IMG/VR virus record: IMGVR_UViG_3300027286_000002
Reading direction: 5' to 3' (one strand)
DNA length: 64,000 nt
Source: a virus
Lineage: Duplodnaviria > Caudoviricetes
Made by a program: the position numbers and the translations under genes. Below the pieces are notes generated by a model. The model was not told the origin of the DNA and did no database searches. It worked only from the letters and a program-made list of their open reading frames with translations. How positions within the stretch are numbered: the first letter of the stretch is position 1; the number at the start of each line of letters is the position of its first letter. Shown here in pieces: positions 1 to 9,167 of this stretch.

Positions 1-343
1 TAATGTTATCTTCCCATACATCATCTACATCACTACCTTTAAGAACTTCAACAATACCATTGATTAAACTTTTAGGTGTCATGTTATGTCTATCTAGGAA
101 TAATTGAATGGCATCAGCTTTATCGTCTTTAAGTGCTTGTTTAATTTCTAGGTAAAATGATTCTTGATCTTGTTTAACTGCATTCCAAAGACCTTTTAAA
201 GATCCTTTACCTTTGGTTAAACCTGTAGCAGATGAAAGTAATGCTTTAAAATCTTTTTTACCTTCTGTGCATTTTCTACTTTGTCTTCTTTTTTGTTTAA
301 GAAGTTCTGCATCTTTATCTTCATCAGCATATCTTGAAAACAT
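1..343 (-). CDS. Hypothetical protein, runs off the left edge; paralogous to the N-terminal extension of the adjacent topoisomerase IB
   Basis: Not in ORF track. ATG at 343 after AAAAGGTAATAAAA; open frame MFSRYADEDKDAELLKQKRRQSRKCTEGKKDFKALL...LWNAV...DVDDVWEDNI continues to base 1. Confidence 0.75.
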   Translation of the reverse strand, partial: MFSRYADEDKDAELLKQKRRQSRKCTEGKKDFKALLSSATGLTKGKGSLKGLWNAVKQDQESFYLEIKQALKDDKADAIQLFLDRHNMTPKSLINGIVEVLKGSDVDDVWEDNI

Positions 344-355
344 TTTTATTACCTT

Positions 356-2083
356 TTAACCATTAGCAATAGCTTGTTCTAATAAAATTTGTGGATCAAA
401 TCTTAAAGTAGTTTGACCACTAACAACAATATCATCTAGCTTATCTGCCATTTTACCTGTGGATAAGAAAGAAAGCAAGACTTGAGGATTGATATAAGAA
501 TTGATGGTAGTGTCTGCACTGCCATATAAATGTTGATGGTTTAAAGCAATACTAGCATCCAAATATGCTTTACTTACAGCATCTAATGTTAAACTAATAA
601 TTTGATCTTTTACATCCGTGACTTTAGCTTTATGTAATTCTACAATTTTCTTATATATTTCTTTTTGACTAGCTTTAAGACTATCTAAAACTGTTTGACT
701 AGCTTTAAGTTTTCTAAAGTCAGTAAGTTTAATAGCAAAACCTGCAATGCCTACTAAATATTCTGTGAGTTTTGCTTGTGTAAATAAAGCACCACTATCA
801 TTTTCAAAAACATATTTATTTTCGCCTGTGCTTTCTATAATCTTTTCAAGAATTTTCACAAGCTGTGGATTGGTAATCTGTGCGATATTTAAAGATCCTT
901 TTTTCCCAATAAAATTTAATTCAAGACCACCATCTCTTAGTTTTTTAAAATGTTGCTTTAATAATGTAGATGCACCATAGGTTTGAACTTTCTCTAATTC
1001 ATTTCCTTCTTCATCTATTTCATCAGTAGGCACACCCATACCTTCATTGCCCGGGCGAATACCTGTTTCTAACATAATGGATATAATCAATCCCATAATT
1101 TTCTTATTATGGTTTGATCCTGCTATGTCTTTATCTAATGCTGATCTAATTCTACTATATGCAAGTAATAACTTCTTTTGTCTTTCTATCTTTGCTTCCA
1201 TATCATTCATTTTTTCAGCAAACATAGTCTTAATACCTGTGATCTTTTTATTGTTATCTACCTGCACAATCAGTGTATCAGGCAAAAACTTTAAAAAACT
1301 TTCAGGTATTGTTTCTATTAAAGTTTGTCTTTCTGTATCTAGCTTTTGTACTTTATATGATGATTTTAAACCATTTTGAATCCTTGTCCATACATCATCT
1401 AAATTGGTTGAACTCACCATAAAGTAATCTCTAATTGCATAATAAAAAGCTACAGGTGCATCACCAGCAAAATACTTTTCTACAAATAGCTTTACTTGAC
1501 TACTATTTTCACCTGCTAGGTCTTTTATTCTTTTCACAAATAAAACTTTGTTTTTACCTACTGCATTCCATATATCTTCAAATTTACCTGCTTCACCATA
1601 TACATTTCTAAACAAAGATCTAAAATCTTTTTTTCCTTGCTCTAAATGCTTCTCTTGTTGTTTCTTTTCCTGTTCTACTCTTTTTGCTTTATCTTCTCTT
1701 AAAGTATCTTTAATCGGTGGATATGATTCAAGATAGAGTACTTTTAATAAAGTTTCTTTCTCTGCCATCAATTGTTCTATATTGCCACCTGCAAAATACT
1801 TATCTCTTATCATATATGCAAAAGTATTCGTTCTTGAATCCTTGTTATCTTTATTAGTGCCTGTGTATTTACTAATAAATGCTTTAAATGCTTTATTCGT
1901 CAATATCCGTGCTTTATATTCTCTTGCTGTTTCACTTTTTTTAGGTGGCAAACCATCTGCTACTGCTTTCAATTCATCTGTAGCATTACTCTTATATTCT
2001 GTTAAAGATATTGACGATGTACTACCTGTCTTGACAAATGCTAATGCTTTCTTAAGCCAATAATTAAAATCTTTTCTTAACAT
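356..2083 (-). CDS. DNA topoisomerase IB with long N-terminal extension
   Basis: Topo IB catalytic residues in order: GIRPGN (R), FIGKKG (K), DFRK (R), ALNH (H), SYINP (Tyr nucleophile). Confidence 0.9.
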   Translation of the reverse strand: MLRKDFNYWLKKALAFVKTGSTSSISLTEYKSNATDELKAVADGLPPKKSETAREYKARILTNKAFKAFISKYTGTNKDNKDSRTNTFAYMIRDKYFAGGNIEQLMAEKETLLKVLYLESYPPIKDTLREDKAKRVEQEKKQQEKHLEQGKKDFRSLFRNVYGEAGKFEDIWNAVGKNKVLFVKRIKDLAGENSSQVKLFVEKYFAGDAPVAFYYAIRDYFMVSSTNLDDVWTRIQNGLKSSYKVQKLDTERQTLIETIPESFLKFLPDTLIVQVDNNKKITGIKTMFAEKMNDMEAKIERQKKLLLAYSRIRSALDKDIAGSNHNKKIMGLIISIMLETGIRPGNEGMGVPTDEIDEEGNELEKVQTYGASTLLKQHFKKLRDGGLELNFIGKKGSLNIAQITNPQLVKILEKIIESTGENKYVFENDSGALFTQAKLTEYLVGIAGFAIKLTDFRKLKASQTVLDSLKASQKEIYKKIVELHKAKVTDVKDQIISLTLDAVSKAYLDASIALNHQHLYGSADTTINSYINPQVLLSFLSTGKMADKLDDIVVSGQTTLRFDPQILLEQAIANG

Positions 2084-2132
2084 CCTTATATGCTCCTTAT
2101 TCTTAATTTAAAGAAAGCATATAAATTATTTA

Positions 2133-2420
2133 TTAAGGCATCTTGCCTGTGTTTATATACCTAAGCACACCTTTACATTCACTATATTTACTAGCTGATT
2201 CAATTGCCTGCTCTATCATCCATTGATGAAAATCAGGATCACTTTCCTGTCTTGCCTGTTCAATCCATTCTGCCATCCTGTCATTATGGTATTTCATTTC
2301 CATAATCAAGTGATGTAATTTCTCTTCTTTAATTTTATCTTTGTCTACACTTTCCACTCTAAGGTAAATAAGATAACCAAGATTTAAGAAGAGTAAAAAC
2401 GATAAAGTAAAATACTTCAT
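2133..2420 (-). CDS. Hypothetical protein with N-terminal membrane anchor
   Basis: Hydrophobic N-terminus (FTLSFLLFLNLGYLIYL) followed by helical soluble region. Confidence 0.6.
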   Translation of the reverse strand: MKYFTLSFLLFLNLGYLIYLRVESVDKDKIKEEKLHHLIMEMKYHNDRMAEWIEQARQESDPDFHQWMIEQAIESASKYSECKGVLRYINTGKMP

Positions 2421-2461
2421 TTAAAAAACCTTTCTTTTGTATGCTATTCTTATAAGAATAG

Positions 2462-2575
2462 AAACCATAGTTTCATTTTCAAGGTCAATTTTTCAGTGCA
2501 TTTTCAATATGGCTATTTTGACTGCAAAGAAACCTTTTGGAAATTTAATACAGCATTTCTAGGATAAAGAACTTT
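2462..2575. repeat. Dispersed non-coding repeat, copy 1 (copy 2 at 17193-17305)
   Basis: AAACCATAGTTTCATTTTCA...TTTTCA...TTTCAATATGGCTA.TTTG...AGCATTTCTA shared by both loci. Confidence 0.8.
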
Positions 2576-2577
2576 TT

Positions 2578-3129
2578 ATGACAAAAGAAGATTTAATAAA
2601 ATTATTAAATGAACATGGCAAAGCTAAAACCATATCTACAATCACAGGCTTGTCTTTAACTCAAATTTATAAATACATGAAACGATATGACATCAAATTG
2701 CCAAGTAAACAAATACCTAAAGAAAAACTACTTGAGATGTATCAAAATTTAAGTAGCAGGCAAATTGCTAAAGAACTTGATACATCTCATCAAACGATTG
2801 TGAATTGGCTGGATAAATACGAAATACAAAAAAAAGATCGTGGAATGCCTGCACACAAAAACAAATATCAGATCAGTAAAGACTTATTAAGTGTTTATGT
2901 AAAAGAACACAGATCATTAAATCAGATCAGTAAACATAGCAATATACCTTTAAGAGTAGTAAAGACTTTAATGCAGGAATATGGACTAAGTAAAATTGTA
3001 ATCGATAAAGCATATTTAGAAAGAGAATTTATATGTAATCAGAAATCAGTAAAGCAAATTGCAGATGAATGTAAAGTTTGTGATAAGACCATTTATTTCT
3101 ATCTTAAGAAATTTGATGTAAAGAATTAA
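2578..3129 (+). CDS. Tandem helix-turn-helix repeat protein
   Basis: About 3-4 units of L..Y....S..QIA......TI...L.KY.I. Confidence 0.75.
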   Translation: MTKEDLIKLLNEHGKAKTISTITGLSLTQIYKYMKRYDIKLPSKQIPKEKLLEMYQNLSSRQIAKELDTSHQTIVNWLDKYEIQKKDRGMPAHKNKYQISKDLLSVYVKEHRSLNQISKHSNIPLRVVKTLMQEYGLSKIVIDKAYLEREFICNQKSVKQIADECKVCDKTIYFYLKKFDVKN

Positions 3130-3704
3130 TCTAATGCAATTGGGATATAGGTATCAGTGAGTGCAAGATAACCATGTTTGTTTAAAAGATACTCTTCTAA
3201 AAGAAAGAAAATATCACTATCATCATTTGTATCACAATCATAAACTTCATCATCATTTTCAGGATTGACTACTAATTTAATGGTATCTACAATGTTTTCT
3301 ACCATGACAGGTGGAAGTTGGTTTTCTAAATCATGAAAAGGTAAAACTTCATGATTGACAAATGAATTTACATTTTTGATTTCTTTAAGAACATTCTTAT
3401 GTGGATACTTATCCAACCAAAAAGTAGTTTTAATAGTTTTATCAATGGTATCATCAAAAGTTTTGAGTAGGTAAATATCTTCTGTATTGAAAGTCCATAC
3501 AGTTTCTTTATTGCCTACTGAAAAATCACCATTAGAGTCTTGCTCAAAATTTTGCATGATGAAAGTGATGTCATCACCTTCAATAGATACAAGACTAAAC
3601 AAATTGTTAAAAGTCAATGCTGTTAACATATCATCTTGATTAACAAGTACAAGTGCAGATCCTGCTAATAAACTTTCGAGAAAGTATTCTTTTTTACTTT
3701 GCAT
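3126..3704 (-). CDS. Hypothetical protein
   Basis: 192-aa ORF coupled to upstream gene (TAATG overlap). Confidence 0.7.
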   Translation of the reverse strand: MQSKKEYFLESLLAGSALVLVNQDDMLTALTFNNLFSLVSIEGDDITFIMQNFEQDSNGDFSVGNKETVWTFNTEDIYLLKTFDDTIDKTIKTTFWLDKYPHKNVLKEIKNVNSFVNHEVLPFHDLENQLPPVMVENIVDTIKLVVNPENDDEVYDCDTNDDSDIFFLLEEYLLNKHGYLALTDTYIPIALD

Positions 3705-4174
3705 TAGTTTTTTCCTTTTCTAATTGCAGTGAAAAATTGTTTGACATTGAAATCTAAACCTTTGATGTCTAATTTAGAACTGAAATCTAAATAGATCATC
3801 AACAAATCGCAATATGCTGGATGTTCTACATACTCACTTGTTTGGTTGAAACTATAAAGTGAATCTCTAAAATTTGTTTTTTCTTCTGCATTTAAAGACA
3901 GTAGATGTGGTGCAACAAATTTATGAAATCCACTAAAAAAGAACACTACATCTTCTAAACGATCTGTTCCTTTTTCTACAAGTGTTGCTATTTCTTTTGG
4001 TGCTGTGTCTAAACACATTTTACCTTCAAAATAAAAACAATACATTGCAGGGATTTGAATTGGTCGACCACCAAATGTTGTGTGAATGATGCCATTCTCA
4101 TTTATTTCTAATGGTCTATCTGTTACAAGTCTTAAAATGCCATATGGTGGCATATTGAAATAATAAAGGTTCAT
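3704..4174 (-). CDS. Hypothetical protein
   Basis: Probable start MNLYYF at 4174 after AAAGGAAAAG RBS and promoter motif. Confidence 0.7.
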   Translation of the reverse strand: MNLYYFNMPPYGILRLVTDRPLEINENGIIHTTFGGRPIQIPAMYCFYFEGKMCLDTAPKEIATLVEKGTDRLEDVVFFFSGFHKFVAPHLLSLNAEEKTNFRDSLYSFNQTSEYVEHPAYCDLLMIYLDFSSKLDIKGLDFNVKQFFTAIRKGKN

Positions 4175-4205
4175 TTGCTTTTCCTTTGTTGAAGTCATAA
4201 GCATA

Positions 4206-4234
4206 AACACTTTGATTTTAATTTTATTGCAAGT
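4206..4234 (-). promoter_or_regulatory. Conserved ACTTGCAA-N14-AAGTGTT promoter-like motif
   Basis: Exact motif upstream of gene start, same orientation. Confidence 0.75.
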
Positions 4235-4240
4235 TCATAT

Positions 4241-4825
4241 TTATTTTTTTACAATTACACTAAAGGTATATTTCCCATCTTTGTGATTTAAAACAATCTC
4301 TTCTAATTCATTCGTTGAGATGATGTCCAATAACTGCATTGTTACTGCATTAAACACTTTGTTTTTTAAAGTTGTATTTTCTTCCTGTAGCTTTTTAGCT
4401 TTCTCTACATTGATTTGGGATAACTTCTTAAAAACCTCAAATTCTTCTTCTTTATCTTTGAGCTTCTTTTCTAGTTCTTCTATCTTTGTTGTCAATGGCT
4501 TACTGATTTCTTTATTATAATCAGTAAACATACCATCCCACCTATGAAACAAATCACCTAACTTTGTCATAGGCATATATGCAGGTGTAGACACTTTCTT
4601 TACAATATTTTCATCAAATGAAAATCCCTGTCTTAAAAGTTCAATCACTTTCTTTTGACCTTCAGGATTATTTTCAAGAATAATCTTTTTAAGGTTGCCT
4701 GCACTATTATATAAGTATGCCACCTTGTTTGGCACTTTATATCCTGATTGTAATTTCGCAAGTATCTCTTGAGGCAATACTCTTTCTTTCATGCCTTTAA
4801 GATTTATTAAAGTTTTTCGTTGCAT
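4241..4825 (-). CDS. Hypothetical coiled-coil protein
   Basis: Probable start MQRKTL at 4825 after AAGGAAAAAGAG; central KIEELEKKLKDKEEEFE coiled coil. Confidence 0.7.
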   Translation of the reverse strand: MQRKTLINLKGMKERVLPQEILAKLQSGYKVPNKVAYLYNSAGNLKKIILENNPEGQKKVIELLRQGFSFDENIVKKVSTPAYMPMTKLGDLFHRWDGMFTDYNKEISKPLTTKIEELEKKLKDKEEEFEVFKKLSQINVEKAKKLQEENTTLKNKVFNAVTMQLLDIISTNELEEIVLNHKDGKYTFSVIVKK

Positions 4826-4876
4826 CTCTTTTTCCTTTTTTGAGAAGTTCAAAACTCTTATATTTTTTTTCATCAA

Positions 4877-4907
4877 ACTTACAATCTTTTTTCATCCTTT
4901 AGTGTTT
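4877..4907 (+). promoter_or_regulatory. Variant promoter motif ACTTACAA-N15-TAGTGTTT
   Basis: One mismatch per box; upstream of 4939. Confidence 0.55.
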
Positions 4908-4938
4908 CTATCTAAACACCAAACCAAAGGATTAAAAA

Positions 4939-5247
4939 ATGTTAAATATCATCTCTGCACTTCAAAACAAAGACTTAACCATCACCATGTCCACTGATGT
5001 AGAAAACACAGGCATCATTTCTTTTAAAGAGATTTATCTTGATTTCTATCTTACACCTTCCCATTTTACTCTTGTTGAGTTCTTTTATGATCATTCTGTA
5101 GATTTCTATAATGAAGTAGAAATCTTATCTCTTGATACTGCAATGGATATCGACCTTCTTTCTGAACAAGTGAAAAACATTTTTCTTATTAGAGATTATG
5201 AGAAAACTGCATTTAATATTTATATGAGTGATCTTAGGAATTATTAA
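4939..5247 (+). CDS. Hypothetical protein
   Basis: AAAGGATTAAAAAATG start context. Confidence 0.7.
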   Translation: MLNIISALQNKDLTITMSTDVENTGIISFKEIYLDFYLTPSHFTLVEFFYDHSVDFYNEVEILSLDTAMDIDLLSEQVKNIFLIRDYEKTAFNIYMSDLRNY

Positions 5248-5286
5248 AACTTATAATATAAGTCCTTTCAAAAAAAAGGACTTGAA

Positions 5287-6399
5287 ATGAATAAAACTCT
5301 ACTCTTAAAACTCTATCTTGAAAAACCTGCCACTGATATTGCCAAAGAACATAATCTTAAACCTGTTCAAATTCAAAAACTCTTAAGACTTTATAATATA
5401 CCTAAACCTTATCGTAATAAAGATGGCAAAGCACTTGATGTAAATCACATCCTTGATCTCTACCATAACCAAAAGAAATCTATTAAAGAAATCAGCTCTA
5501 TGCTCAACTCTACTTTAGATATGATCACTAATCTCTTATATGACAGAACACCTACACCTAAACCTACCTGCGACCAGCTTAAAGCCTGCTTAAACCTTTC
5601 CAAAAGACAAATTGCTCTCAAATTCAATCTTAAAGAATATGATGTGCATAGACTATTACTTGAATATAAACTTAGCTACAATCCTTTTAACCTGTCTAAA
5701 GAAGAATTACAGAAAGAATACCAATCACAAACCATTTCACAGATAGCTAAAAAATATCATGTAGATGCTATCTATGTTTCTGTTAAACTTAAAGAATATG
5801 GCATCCTTAATGAAATCAATATAGAAGAACTTAAAAGACTTTATTGTGATGAAAGAAAAACCATTAAAGAAATCATTTATTTGTTAAATTCATCTGAAAC
5901 TACTTTGTGGCGACTTATTAAAAAACATAAACTGCAAAGACCTTTCAATCCTAATCCACATGAATTTTTTAAGCTGTGGCATGACAAGACCAAAACAGTA
6001 GATGAGAATATACGATATATGGCAGAATATTATAAAGTGTCTATAGGTATTATTCGCTTGACTGCTAGAAAATTAAATATCAGTAAAAAGACCACACCTA
6101 TCAAAATTAAATATACACAAGAGCAATTACAGGAACTTTATGACAAGCATGACTTATTTGGTTTATCTGTTATTCTTAAAATGAATGTTGCTAATGTAAA
6201 ACGAGCATTAGTAAGACATGGCATCACTATTAAAAAGCCACCTGTTAAACCAATGGATTTAGATCGGATTACACAGCTATATAAGACAAAATATTTAGAT
6301 TTAAAAAACTTGTATGCTATTCAAGAAATTGCAAAAGAACTAGATGTTGCACCTACAACACTTCACAGGTTTATTCGTTCACATAAAATTACAAGATAG
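5287..6399 (+). CDS. Tandem helix-turn-helix repeat protein (paralog of 8012-9154)
   Basis: About 7 HTH-like units; colinear similarity to 8012-9154 (LYCDERKTIKEI..TLWRLI vs LYCVEHKSLQEI..TLWRRI; NVKRALVRHGI vs NVKRALKRNGI). Confidence 0.8.
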   Translation: MNKTLLLKLYLEKPATDIAKEHNLKPVQIQKLLRLYNIPKPYRNKDGKALDVNHILDLYHNQKKSIKEISSMLNSTLDMITNLLYDRTPTPKPTCDQLKACLNLSKRQIALKFNLKEYDVHRLLLEYKLSYNPFNLSKEELQKEYQSQTISQIAKKYHVDAIYVSVKLKEYGILNEINIEELKRLYCDERKTIKEIIYLLNSSETTLWRLIKKHKLQRPFNPNPHEFFKLWHDKTKTVDENIRYMAEYYKVSIGIIRLTARKLNISKKTTPIKIKYTQEQLQELYDKHDLFGLSVILKMNVANVKRALVRHGITIKKPPVKPMDLDRITQLYKTKYLDLKNLYAIQEIAKELDVAPTTLHRFIRSHKITR

Positions 6400-6672
6400 T
6401 TCGTATGCTATTTTTTTCAAATCCTTTGGTTGCTGGTATTTTTTGTTTTGCATGATTTGTTGATTATCTTTATACTGATAAAGACCAATTTCTGTATGAC
6501 TATCAAATTTTTCCAAAACCAACTTATATTGACTACTACCTTTTTCAAAGGCTACAAAAAAGAAGTCTTGTTTTGGATTAGTCCAAACATCATGTAATGC
6601 AATGCAGTGATTTACTGCTAAAATCTCAAGTGCAAGTTTACTCATTGGATGAGTTTTATTTAAGTATGCCAT
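6379..6672 (-). CDS. Hypothetical protein
   Basis: 97-aa ORF with AAAGGAAAAAC RBS and promoter motif. Confidence 0.7.
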   Translation of the reverse strand: MAYLNKTHPMSKLALEILAVNHCIALHDVWTNPKQDFFFVAFEKGSSQYKLVLEKFDSHTEIGLYQYKDNQQIMQNKKYQQPKDLKKIAYELSCNFM

Positions 6673-6711
6673 ATTCGTTTTTCCTTTTTCATCAGTATTG
6701 GCAAATGATAA

Positions 6712-6768
6712 AACACATAAGATAAACTTTTATTGCAAGTTGCAATTTATTTTTATTGATAAATGTTT
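6712..6768. promoter_or_regulatory. Back-to-back divergent promoter motifs (TTGCAAGTTGCAA core)
   Basis: Minus copy 6712-6740 (ACTTGCAA-N14-ATGTGTT); plus copy 6740-6768 (TTGCAA-N15-AAATGTTT). Confidence 0.65.
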
Positions 6769-6812
6769 AGCTAATATCTGTAATTTCAAACTCTTTAAAA
6801 AGGAAAAACATC

Positions 6813-7031
6813 ATGTTAGAAATGCTTATTGACTACACAGACCACTTATCATTCATGGTAGATGAAACCTACTTAGATTTTCCCAACCACATGATTGCAT
6901 TTGAAGAAGATCTTTATGGCAATCTTTATCTTATTCAAAAGGATTGGATCTTTAGCAAAACACCTGTAGAATTTGAAGAAGCAGTAGAAATTGTTAAGAA
7001 CTTGCCTGAACCTATTTATTATCTAGATTAG
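6813..7031 (+). CDS. Hypothetical protein
   Basis: AAAGGAAAAAC RBS; 72 aa. Confidence 0.65.
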   Translation: MLEMLIDYTDHLSFMVDETYLDFPNHMIAFEEDLYGNLYLIQKDWIFSKTPVEFEEAVEIVKNLPEPIYYLD

Positions 7032-7248
7032 GTGCAAGGTAAAGATCACTTGAATTCTGCCACTCTGATTTATGTAAAGATTTAGCTATACTTAAAGATA
7101 GTGAACATCTAAAATATTCAGGATATACATAAAAACCTCTTGTACCACCATCTAATCTACAAGACCTTGAACTTATAGAAGACAAAGCAAATTTAAAAGT
7201 CTTAGAATTTAAAACTTCATCTGATGATATTTCTAACCAATAGATCAT
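7012..7248 (-). CDS. Mini-protein of the putative stand-alone methyltransferase specificity (TRD-like) family, array 1
   Basis: Probable start MIYWLEISS at 7248 (TAAAATG junction); family pattern W..S.V..SS..G..FR..LS..K..W.N..YLAP; closest to 54930-55166. Confidence 0.8.
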   Translation of the reverse strand: MIYWLEISSDEVLNSKTFKFALSSISSRSCRLDGGTRGFYVYPEYFRCSLSLSIAKSLHKSEWQNSSDLYLAPNLDNK

Positions 7249-7249
7249 T

Positions 7250-7489
7250 TTATATTTCACCACACTTTCCTATATACCTATCTGAATTATTTATCCAAGT
7301 AGGTTTAGACAACACTCTAGCACCAAATAAAGCAATTGCTAGTCTAAAGTTATCTGTGTATAGGTAATGTCCTATTCCTTTTATTGCCAGCTGTTTTGTT
7401 GGTGAGGTGGATGATGTTATATAAACACCTTGTAATGTATGACATACATCATTACTGTCATTGCTAAAGAAACCATAATGACTACTCAT
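7250..7489 (-). CDS. TRD-like mini-protein, array 1
   Basis: HYGFF.N.SNDV...TSS...KG.G.Y...NFR..I.LF.AR.L.K..WIN..D.YIGK; ATGA overlap. Confidence 0.85.
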   Translation of the reverse strand: MSSHYGFFSNDSNDVCHTLQGVYITSSTSPTKQLAIKGIGHYLYTDNFRLAIALFGARVLSKPTWINNSDRYIGKCGEI

Positions 7490-7719
7490 TTATCTTTTCC
7501 TATATACCTATCTTGATCGTTTATCCAATTATGTTTGGATAAAACCCTTGCACTATATAAAGCAATACAATGCCTTATGTTGCTTTGGTGTATATATGTT
7601 CCCATTCCTTTAATATCTCTGATAGTACCTGCTGTTGTAGATGATGCTAGATAAACAAGTTGACCAGAAAACTGTACATTATTTCCATATGATGCAAGGA
7701 AGCCATAGTGATTACTCAT
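7486..7719 (-). CDS. TRD-like mini-protein, array 1
   Basis: Family pattern; strongly similar to 11095-11340. Confidence 0.85.
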   Translation of the reverse strand: MSNHYGFLASYGNNVQFSGQLVYLASSTTAGTIRDIKGMGTYIHQSNIRHCIALYSARVLSKHNWINDQDRYIGKDK

Positions 7720-7956
7720 TTATATTTCTTTTCCTATGTAAACATCATTGTTATTTAACCCTGATCTCTTAATAAGAGATCTTGCACCAAACAGTCCTAT
7801 GGACAACCTAAAGTTATCTTTATACATATATGTACCAAAACCTTTAATATCTTTAGTAGTGGCTGGTGAAGTAGATGATGTTAGATACGCCCCAGATGCA
7901 GAATGACATACATCATTACATCCATTGTGAAAAAAACCATAAGGTGTTTTAGTCAT
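7720..7956 (-). CDS. TRD-like mini-protein, array 1 (first gene)
   Basis: Family pattern; AAAAGGAATTAACATG start. Confidence 0.85.
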   Translation of the reverse strand: MTKTPYGFFHNGCNDVCHSASGAYLTSSTSPATTKDIKGFGTYMYKDNFRLSIGLFGARSLIKRSGLNNNDVYIGKEI

Positions 7957-8011
7957 GTTAATTCCTTTTCAATATCTTATAAGATTTCTACAAGAAAGGA
8001 CTGCAAAAAAA

Positions 8012-9154
8012 ATGACAAAAGAATTATTAAATGATCTTATCCAAACCATGTCACATACTGAAATGGCATCTCATCTTAATATCTCGCTTAACCATTTAAG
8101 AAGACTATTAAGAGTTCACAATATCAAAAAACCTTTAAAAGATAAAGCAGGCAATCCTATTAATCTTAAATATGTTGAAACCTTGTATGATGCAGGACAT
8201 CCTGTTTCTAAAATCCATATTATGGTTAATGCTTCTTTTGATGCCATCTCTAACTACCTCAACCTAAATAAAATTCGTATTAGTAAAAAACTACTACAAC
8301 ACTACTTTATTGATGAAAAACTTTCCCTTACACAAATAGCTGATCGTTTTGGATCATCTCTTTCTACTATTAAAAAATACCTACTACTCTATGAAATCAT
8401 AAAACCTGATATTCATATTGAGAAACACGATTTAGAATCACATCCTAATATACTTGTTTCCGAACTAGCTATTCTCTTTAACACAGATAAAGAAACGATT
8501 AGCTACTTTCTTAAAAAATATGACTTGTCTAAAAAAGGCAAAGTCAATCAAGAAAAACTACAACAGCTTTATTGTGTTGAACATAAATCACTACAAGAGA
8601 TTGCAGACCATTTTAAAATCTCACATATAACTCTTTGGCGAAGGATTAGACAATATAAACTCACTAGAGAATTTAATCCTGATATAGACCTCTTTGAGCA
8701 AAAACTCTCTGAATATAGAGACCTACCTATGCACAAGGCTAAACAAAACCTTGCGAAATATTATAATGTTTCTGTTGGTGAAATTGAAATCTTTTTTAAA
8801 AAGCACAATCTACTTAAAAAAAGAAAAAGAAGAAAGGTTACCTACACAAATGACCAGCTAAGAAAGATGTATGAAAGACTTGGGATTAAAGGTCTTATGA
8901 AGAAACTAGATATGACTGAATATAATGTTAAAAGAGCATTAAAGAGAAATGGTATCTTGCCATATAGCAAACCAAATAAAAGACTTGTCTTATCTATTCC
9001 TAAAGACCATATCAAATATCTCTACCATAAGAAATATGAACATTATAATGCACCTAGTGCAAGACAAGCAATGGCAGATGAATTAGGTTTATCTTTATAT
9101 GCAGTTACAAGGTATATTCAAATGTATAATCTAAACAGACCAAGAATTTTCTAA
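8012..9154 (+). CDS. Tandem helix-turn-helix repeat protein (paralog of 5287-6399)
   Basis: Probable start MTKELL at 8012 after GAAAGGA; about 7-8 HTH-like units. Confidence 0.8.
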   Translation: MTKELLNDLIQTMSHTEMASHLNISLNHLRRLLRVHNIKKPLKDKAGNPINLKYVETLYDAGHPVSKIHIMVNASFDAISNYLNLNKIRISKKLLQHYFIDEKLSLTQIADRFGSSLSTIKKYLLLYEIIKPDIHIEKHDLESHPNILVSELAILFNTDKETISYFLKKYDLSKKGKVNQEKLQQLYCVEHKSLQEIADHFKISHITLWRRIRQYKLTREFNPDIDLFEQKLSEYRDLPMHKAKQNLAKYYNVSVGEIEIFFKKHNLLKKRKRRKVTYTNDQLRKMYERLGIKGLMKKLDMTEYNVKRALKRNGILPYSKPNKRLVLSIPKDHIKYLYHKKYEHYNAPSARQAMADELGLSLYAVTRYIQMYNLNRPRIF

Positions 9155-9167
9155 AAGGACACTTCTT

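Noticed and set aside
356-2083. Tyrosine recombinase/integrase call
   Set aside because: Motif order and context (GIRPGN, FIGKKG, DFRK, ALNH, SYINP) match topoisomerase IB; no HxxR integrase box or att site seen
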